The translations under genes and the position numbers were made by a program. Positions 57,372 to 64,000 of a stretch of DNA of 64,000 nt are shown piece by piece; position 1 is the first letter of the stretch; every line of letters begins with the position of its first letter. Under the pieces are notes generated by a model. It saw only the letters and a program-made list of their open reading frames with translations, was not told the origin of the DNA and searched no databases. Origin of the DNA: the human T2T-CHM13v2.0 reference genome, Homo sapiens; the NCBI RefSeq assembly GCF_009914755.1, contig NC_060930.1, one strand, 5' to 3'.

Positions 57372-58092
57372 TGTGAAAGATTATTCACTAGACACATTAA
57401 AAATGGTAAGACAGATTTTATTCAGACTTCAGAATAGCAGAGACAGATTTTTGTATAAACTGAATTCAATTCCATGGAAACAAAATGAAAGAGACTTTTT
57501 AAATGCAGAGTGTGCTAAAAGTAGAGTCCATGAGCACATTAAGAGTGGGAAGGGGAGAGAGGTTGATTAATGTCATTAGGTCATCTACATTTGCTAACTT
57601 TTAAAGTTAGACTCCTATCCAACCAAGGAAACTAGGAGATAAGGGACTTATCTTTCTTGCTGAGTACTTTTCAAAAGGATGGCTCCCAAGTTCTTGAGAA
57701 GGACATTGCTGAGTTGTAGAAGATACTTCTAAAAGGGACAGAGAACAGATTTACATTTGCACATTTGCACATAAAAAAAAAAGTAAAGCTTCCAAGAAAA
57801 GGGTAGTCAGAGAACTATAGTCAGGTTTTGGCTGGAACAAAGCATAAATTCTTTTGTAGCATCAAGCTTTCTCAGGCAGGGATTTTCAGGGGCTGAAGTT
57901 GTCATCCTAGGAACACTGCCCTGAGCTGACAGAAACTATACTAGCGTTTATTTAAGTCTGTTAGTATAGGTGGTGGATAAAATCATTTGTGCTAAGAGTT
58001 TGTAGTTCTTATACTATGAGGCTGAGGCCTAGTCAAAAAGAGGACTCAGAAGAGCCCTTGAGTAGAGTTTGGTCAAAAGAGAGTCTTTGTCA
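57372..58092 (-). mobile_element. ERV1 solo LTR, MER31/MER67 family
   Basis: TG...CA termini; right end GAGGCCTAGTC...AGAGTTTGGTCAAAAGAGAGTCTTTGTCA is the reverse of the recalled MER31/67 5' end; flanks CCAT / TCAT form a possible 4-bp TSD with one mismatch. Confidence 0.75.
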
Positions 58093-59183
58093 TCATATAA
58101 AAAGTTCCAGACTAATTCTCCATTTCCATAAACAGAATCTCTTGTTCTGACATTTATAGTTAAAACCTGTTGTTTACAGCATAGCTAGCTTCTACTTGGA
58201 TAGGAAAATGGTTGTCTTGGTCTTCTGAAAGGGTCTGATATTACTTTATTTCACATTAATAATATGCATATATTTCTTAATAGAAACAAATATTAAATTA
58301 AAGGTAACATTATACCAGTCTAACTTTATTTTTTCGCACCTTATTCAATACCAAATTATCTGTATCTGCTATTCAGTGGAAAAGATGATTTTAATCGGGT
58401 TGTATTTAAAATATTAAAGCTACATTAAAAATAAGTCACAGTTGGTGCTTTTTTATATTGCCTTAACAAAAAAGAAAATTAAAATTCATGCATACTGAAC
58501 ACAATAAAAGTTCCAAATAGAGTACAGAAAAAGAAAAAAAAGGCTAATATATTTCCTATTAGGAGGAAAATTACCATAATATTATAAGCATAAATTTAAG
58601 GAAGAATGAGTAAGCACTTATAGTCACAGTAAATGCATAATAGATGTTCAAACCAAAAATTTTCTGACTCCTCCATACTGCTTGTTTGGGGAACTCTTAA
58701 ATAGAGAACAATGTAGCAAACAGCTGGTGGAACACTCAACTGTATTCCTGTTAAACAATATGAGAAAAGAAAGCAACTTTTAAAATTTTGTTTTCTAAGC
58801 CATAATTGCATACCTCATGCTGACAAATTAAAAAGCAAACAAGCCTATGTGCATTCAAATAATAGGTGCTGAGGCTCTAAATGTCAAGCATTTTCTATGA
58901 AACACTCAGTTTGCAATTGCATATTTCAACTCCATATGTTTAAGGTAAAATATAATAGTTAAGCATGACAGGAGGCCAATGCACAAATGTTCATATTTGC
59001 ACTGGCAGACCTTTCCAAAACTATGATAATTGTTTGAGATGTATGAATAAAATATTGGTTTTGTAAAAAATTCTTCAATTATTCAATTTATATTGTTATA
59101 GGTCTCCCAGCTGACAGTAAAAGAAAATGAATACAGAGCCCAGTTTGGATACAGGGGGAAAATACTTGCAAAATATACATCTT

Positions 59184-60730
59184 TTTAAAACATTTTTAAC
59201 TTTTAATTTTTGTGAGTACATAGTAGGTGTATATATTTATGGGGTACATGAGATACTTTGATATAAACATGCTTTTCATAATAATCACATCAGAAGGACG
59301 GGCGCGGTGGCTCAGGCCTGTAATCCCAGCACTTTGGGAGGCTGAGGTGGGCAGATCATGAGGTCAGGAGTTTGAGACCATTGTGACCAACATGGTGAAT
59401 CCCTGTCTCTACTAAGTACAAAAATTAGCCAGGCATGGTGGTGCATGCCTGTAATCTCAGCTACTCAGGAAACTGAGGCAGGGGAATTGCTTGAACCCAG
59501 GAGGCAGAGGTTGCAGGGAGCCAAGATCACACCACTGCACTCCAGCATGGGTGACAGAGCAAGACTCCGTCTCAAAAATAAATCATCATCATCATCATCA
59601 CATCATGGAAAATGGGGCATCCATCCCCTCAAGCACTTATCCTTTGTGTTACAAACAATCCAATTATATTATTTTAGTTATTTTTAAATGTGTGATTAAA
59701 TTATTTTGACTATAGTCATCCTGTGCTATCAAAAACTTGGTTTTATTCATTCAATCTTTTCTTGTGTGTGTACTCATTAACTATCCCCACCTCCTCCCTA
59801 CACTCCCTACTACTCTTCCCAGCCTTTGGGTACCATCCTTCTGTTTTCTATCTTCATGAGTTCGATTGTTTTTATTTTTAGATCCCATATATAACTTAGA
59901 ACACGGTATGTTTGCCTTCTGTGCCTGGCTCATTTCACTTAACATAATGACCTCCACTTCCAACCATGTTGTTGCAAGTGACAGGATCTCATTCTTTTTT
60001 ATGTCAAAAGAGTACTCCATTGTGTATATGTACCATATTTCCTTTATCCATCATCTGTTGATAGACACTTAGGGTTGCTTCCAGATCTTGGCTTTTGTGA
60101 ACAGTGCTGCAACAAACATGGGAGTTCACATATCTCTCCAATATACTGATTTTCTTTCTTTGGGATATATACTCAGCAGCAGGATTGCTGGATCATATGG
60201 TAGCACTACTTTTCATTCTTTGGGGAACCTCCAAACTGTTCTCCACAGTGGTTGTACTAATTTACATTCCCACCAAAAGTGTACAAGAATTACTTTTTCT
60301 CCACATCCTTATTAGCATTTGTTACTGCCTATCTTTTGGACATGAGGCATTTTAATTGGGGTGAGATGATATCTCATTGTAGTTTTCATTTGCATTTTTC
60401 TGATAACCAATGATGTGGAGCATCTTTTCATATGCCTGTTTGCCATTTGTATGTCTTCTTTCAAGAAATAGCTATTCAAATATTTTTCCCATTTTTAAAT
60501 TTGATTATTCCATTTTTTCCTCTAGAGCTAATTTGAGCCCCTTATATAATCTGGTTGTCAATCCCTTGTTGGATGGGTAGTCTGCAAATATTTTCTCCTA
60601 TTCTGTGGGTTGTCTCTTCAATTTGTTGATCATTTCCTTTGCTGTGCAGAGACTTTTTGACTTGATGTTACACCGTTTGCCCATTTTTAATTTGGTCACC
60701 TCTGCTTGTGGGGTATTACTCAATAAATTA
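59184..60730 (-). mobile_element. L1MA-family 3' portion, interrupted by an Alu
   Basis: GTACATAGTAGGTGTATATATTTATGGGGTACATGAGATA L1MA 3' end in reverse; minus ORF 59781-60020 (MEYSFDIKKNEILSLATTWLEVEVIMLSE) matches the ORF2p C-terminus. Confidence 0.92.
59296..59582 (+). mobile_element. AluSg-like
   Basis: GGACGGGCGCGGTGGCTCA start; GATCATGAGGTCAGGAG (2-bp deleted form); short A tail followed by (ATC)n. Confidence 0.93.
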
Positions 60731-61625
60731 CAAAATACATACCTTATAAAATACTTATATCTAGATTTTATATAAAGACCTATACTAAACAGTACAATAA
60801 AGTAGGCAAAAGATATAAATATTTATAAAATAAAACACTCAAGTGGCTAACGAGCCCATGAAAAGATGTTCATCATCAGTAGTCATCAGGGAAATGCAAA
60901 TTAAAACCAAAATTGATAGCATGCCATATCTAGTAGCATGACTACAATAAATAAGACAAACCATAAGAAACATTGGCAAGCATCTGGAAAACTGAGATTG
61001 CTCATAAATTGTTAGTGGGAATGTAATATGGTAAAGCCATGGTAGAAAACATTTGTCAGTTTCTCCAAAAGTTAAACGTGAAATTGCCATATGATCCTAG
61101 CAATTCTGTTCTTAGATGTGTATAAAACATAAATGAAAACGTATCCCCATGCAAAGATTTGCATACAAATTAGGTTACATGTGAGGTTTATAGCAGCATT
61201 ATTCATAACAGCCAAAAACTGGAAACAACCTAAATATCCATCAACTGATCGATCAATAGGCAAAATACTATATATTCACACAATGAAATATATTCGGCAA
61301 TAACAAAGGAATGGATGACTGACACTTGCTACATCCTGTGTGAGCCTCAAAGAAGCCAGTCAGTATTATGCATTTCTATTTATATGAAATTTCCAGAAAA
61401 GGCAAACTTGTAGAGACAGTAAATTAGTGATTACCTAGGCCTGGGGCTAGGGTAGAAATTGTAATGGGCCTGAGGAGTCTCATTGTGGAAAGGGTTGAAG
61501 ATGCTCTAAAATTTATGCTGATGGTTGCATCATTTGATAAAGTTACTAAGAGACAGTGACTTGTGCACTTGAAATGAGTAAATTTTCTCACATGCAAGAT
61601 ATACCTCAATAAAGTTGTCAAAATA
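60731..61625 (+). mobile_element. L1MB/L1ME ORF2 end and 3' UTR
   Basis: ATGAAAAGATGTTCATCATCAGTAGTCATCAGGGAAATGCAAATTAAAACC...ATACCTCAATAAAGTTG. Confidence 0.88.
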
Positions 61626-63749
61626 GTAAGCTTCTCTCTCTCTCTACCTCTCTATTTATATCTATCTAGCTCCCTAAGATTTAGAATTCAAATGTGAGGT
61701 AGATATCACTGGGACTTTTTTTTTAACTTTTTGAATAAAAAGACATGCCTACATGCTTGTCCTAAGAGCAAGTCAGTCTGATTTAATTGACTGGTTTCTC
61801 AATAGAGGTTGGCATTTCAAATTAGATCACATGGAAGTTATTTTTAATAAATGGGTGGGTACATTCACATTTTCAAAGCTTTGGTGAAAAACACAAGAGG
61901 TAAGTACAAAATACAAATATTTTCCGTTACTTTTTGTGTAAATTAAGGTGCCTCTAAATGAAAGGATAATAGGTTACATAAATATTTTATTAAGCCTTCA
62001 TAAAGATTCTTAAGTATATTTTTTAGAAATGGAGAAAGTGATTTACTCTAATGAATTTGTAATATGTCTTTTTTACTACTTAGATATTTTATTTAGAAAC
62101 CAACACGCACACAAAAATTTACAGTATCCTATTCACACTGTATAAGACTATACATGAGAGTCAAAGATGCTCTATAACAAGATTTGAACACAAGAATAGA
62201 GGTAGAAGTCTTCTAAGTGTGACAGTTAAAAATATAATCTCAGATGAGCTGTCCAAGCCTGTGATACAGAGAAACAGAAGACAATCAGGTGAATACATCC
62301 ATAAAAGACGGGTTATAGGAAAGTCAGAGAATAAAATAATAGATTTGTATTTGAACAGTAGGGAATTAAATATTGATATTTATTAAAATTAGATTGAACA
62401 AAATAATGTCTTTTGTTTAAATGTCTTGTGTTACTATTTAGAAAGTGGTATCTTAATTTATAATGAGATTTCAGAATTCATTTTTTTCTTCTTTTGGAAA
62501 GATCATAACTATTATGAAATATATAATTTCAGATGTACTAAAAAGTCATTTGAAATGTTAGGCACAAACAGAAACACCTCTTAGCTCTATGTCTAGGCAA
62601 GTTTCTTAGTTTCTATAAATTTAATTTTATACTGTCATTATAAGCATTAAATGAAATAAAGAATATGAAGCATTTATTAATATATCTGTCATATTATTTG
62701 TTTTATAAATATTGGGTGTTTATCATAGTATTGGTATTATTGAATTAATCTGGGTATAGAGGCAAATAACACTGATCTTACATGCAATTGAAAATTGTAC
62801 GTTAGCATTTTAATTGGCACTTTTAAATCTAAACTTGATTTAAAGTGAACCAAATTCACAAGATGAATTTTGAGGGTTGAGTAAAACATTTATACATGTC
62901 CATTAGGAATAGTCATAAAGCTAATGTGTCATAAGTGTACACACCATGGTGGGCCAGATTTTTATTCTAGTTACATCAAACTTCATTTGCCTGGTTAGCT
63001 TTTTGTAATTAAAAAGACAAGTGAGTGTATATCTATTCATGGGGTTTCTTTTATGATAATGTTAAAGATAATGCATAGGAAGCACCTAGAACAGTGAAAT
63101 CGACATACTGCAAGCTCTATAAGTGGTTGCTCTTATTATAGTTATGGAGTAGATGCTATCACTAGACATATTACTTTGTCTTCCCTGTTCAACCTCCAAC
63201 TTTGCCTTATTTCACCACATGCCATTTCCACATGTTCCAAAATCCTGCAGCTCTTACTTTCCACCACACGGGTATAGCAAGAGAGGACTCAAAGTTCCTT
63301 GCTTATCTTTCAAATGCTAACTCTTTCAGATACTAATGCTACTGATGTTATCAAAGTGCTGTATTGGAAAACTTATTTTAAAAAGACATGAACCTTTGGT
63401 GAGCAATTAAACATTGCTATAAGACATGATACAAGAAAGTTTAAAACAAAACATTATTTTTCATGTACAAATAAGTGTTTCCTGGACATGTGTAGAATTT
63501 TTCTTCTGTGCTGACATTGAACAGGGAGTAACAGTCACTGATCCATTCATCAGTTATAATTTCTTGTGTACTTCCTGTGCTTCTTGATCTTCCCAATGAC
63601 AATACAGGATGATAATGTGTCTATCGTCAAAGAACAAAATGTCTTTTCTGGGGGGGCATGTCTGAACCAGTTGAAAGTGATCCTCAGCCTATTTTCATGA
63701 GTTATATTGCATAAATTGATCATTCACATCTTCATATATGCCTCTCCCC

Positions 63750-63751
<2 letters not shown>

Positions 63752-63796
<45 letters not shown>

Positions 63797-63810
63797 AGAG
63801 AGACAGAGAG
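63752..63810. repeat. (AC)21 followed by (GA)n compound microsatellite
   Basis: Read directly from the sequence. Confidence 0.97.
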
Positions 63811-64000
63811 GCCACCATTAGTTAAACAGGAAATGCAAGATGCTTTTAAAATAGGCTGGGCAAAGTATATATTTATATTTCATAACTCTCCTCAGAATTA
63901 ATAACTCAGAAGCATATTTATTATTCCATGTCAATTCTGAAATATGTAGCAACCAGGAGAGAACTGTGACATTTATTGACTGTCAATGTTTTCAAGTATT

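Overview
AT-rich primate (hominoid, human-like) intronic or intergenic DNA made mostly of interspersed repeats. I found no host protein-coding gene, RNA gene or CRISPR array. The main elements are: a full-length L1PA2-type LINE-1 (42441-48469, 15-bp TSD) with ORF0, ORF1 and ORF2 each disabled but a 1177-codon ORF2 remnant still open; an ERV9 LTR12 (LTR12D-like) 3' LTR with a short stub of internal sequence; a twin-primed inverted L1PA fragment; six Alus; old L1M, L2, MIR, MLT1, ERVL and MER31/67 relics; and Charlie1, MADE1 and MADE2 DNA transposons. The most unusual signals look like DNA-repair or replication scars: an ~80-bp segment apparently copied from 1.9 kb downstream into a (TA)n tract inside an L2, followed by a fold-back-like minisatellite; a direct-inverted-direct micro-duplication; a near-perfect 152-bp triplication; and a perfect palindrome in an AT-rich block. 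There is also a GATA/RUNX motif cluster just upstream of the L1. I could not support a new biological system. Repeat subfamily calls come from recalled consensus sequences, and boundaries of old repeats are approximate.
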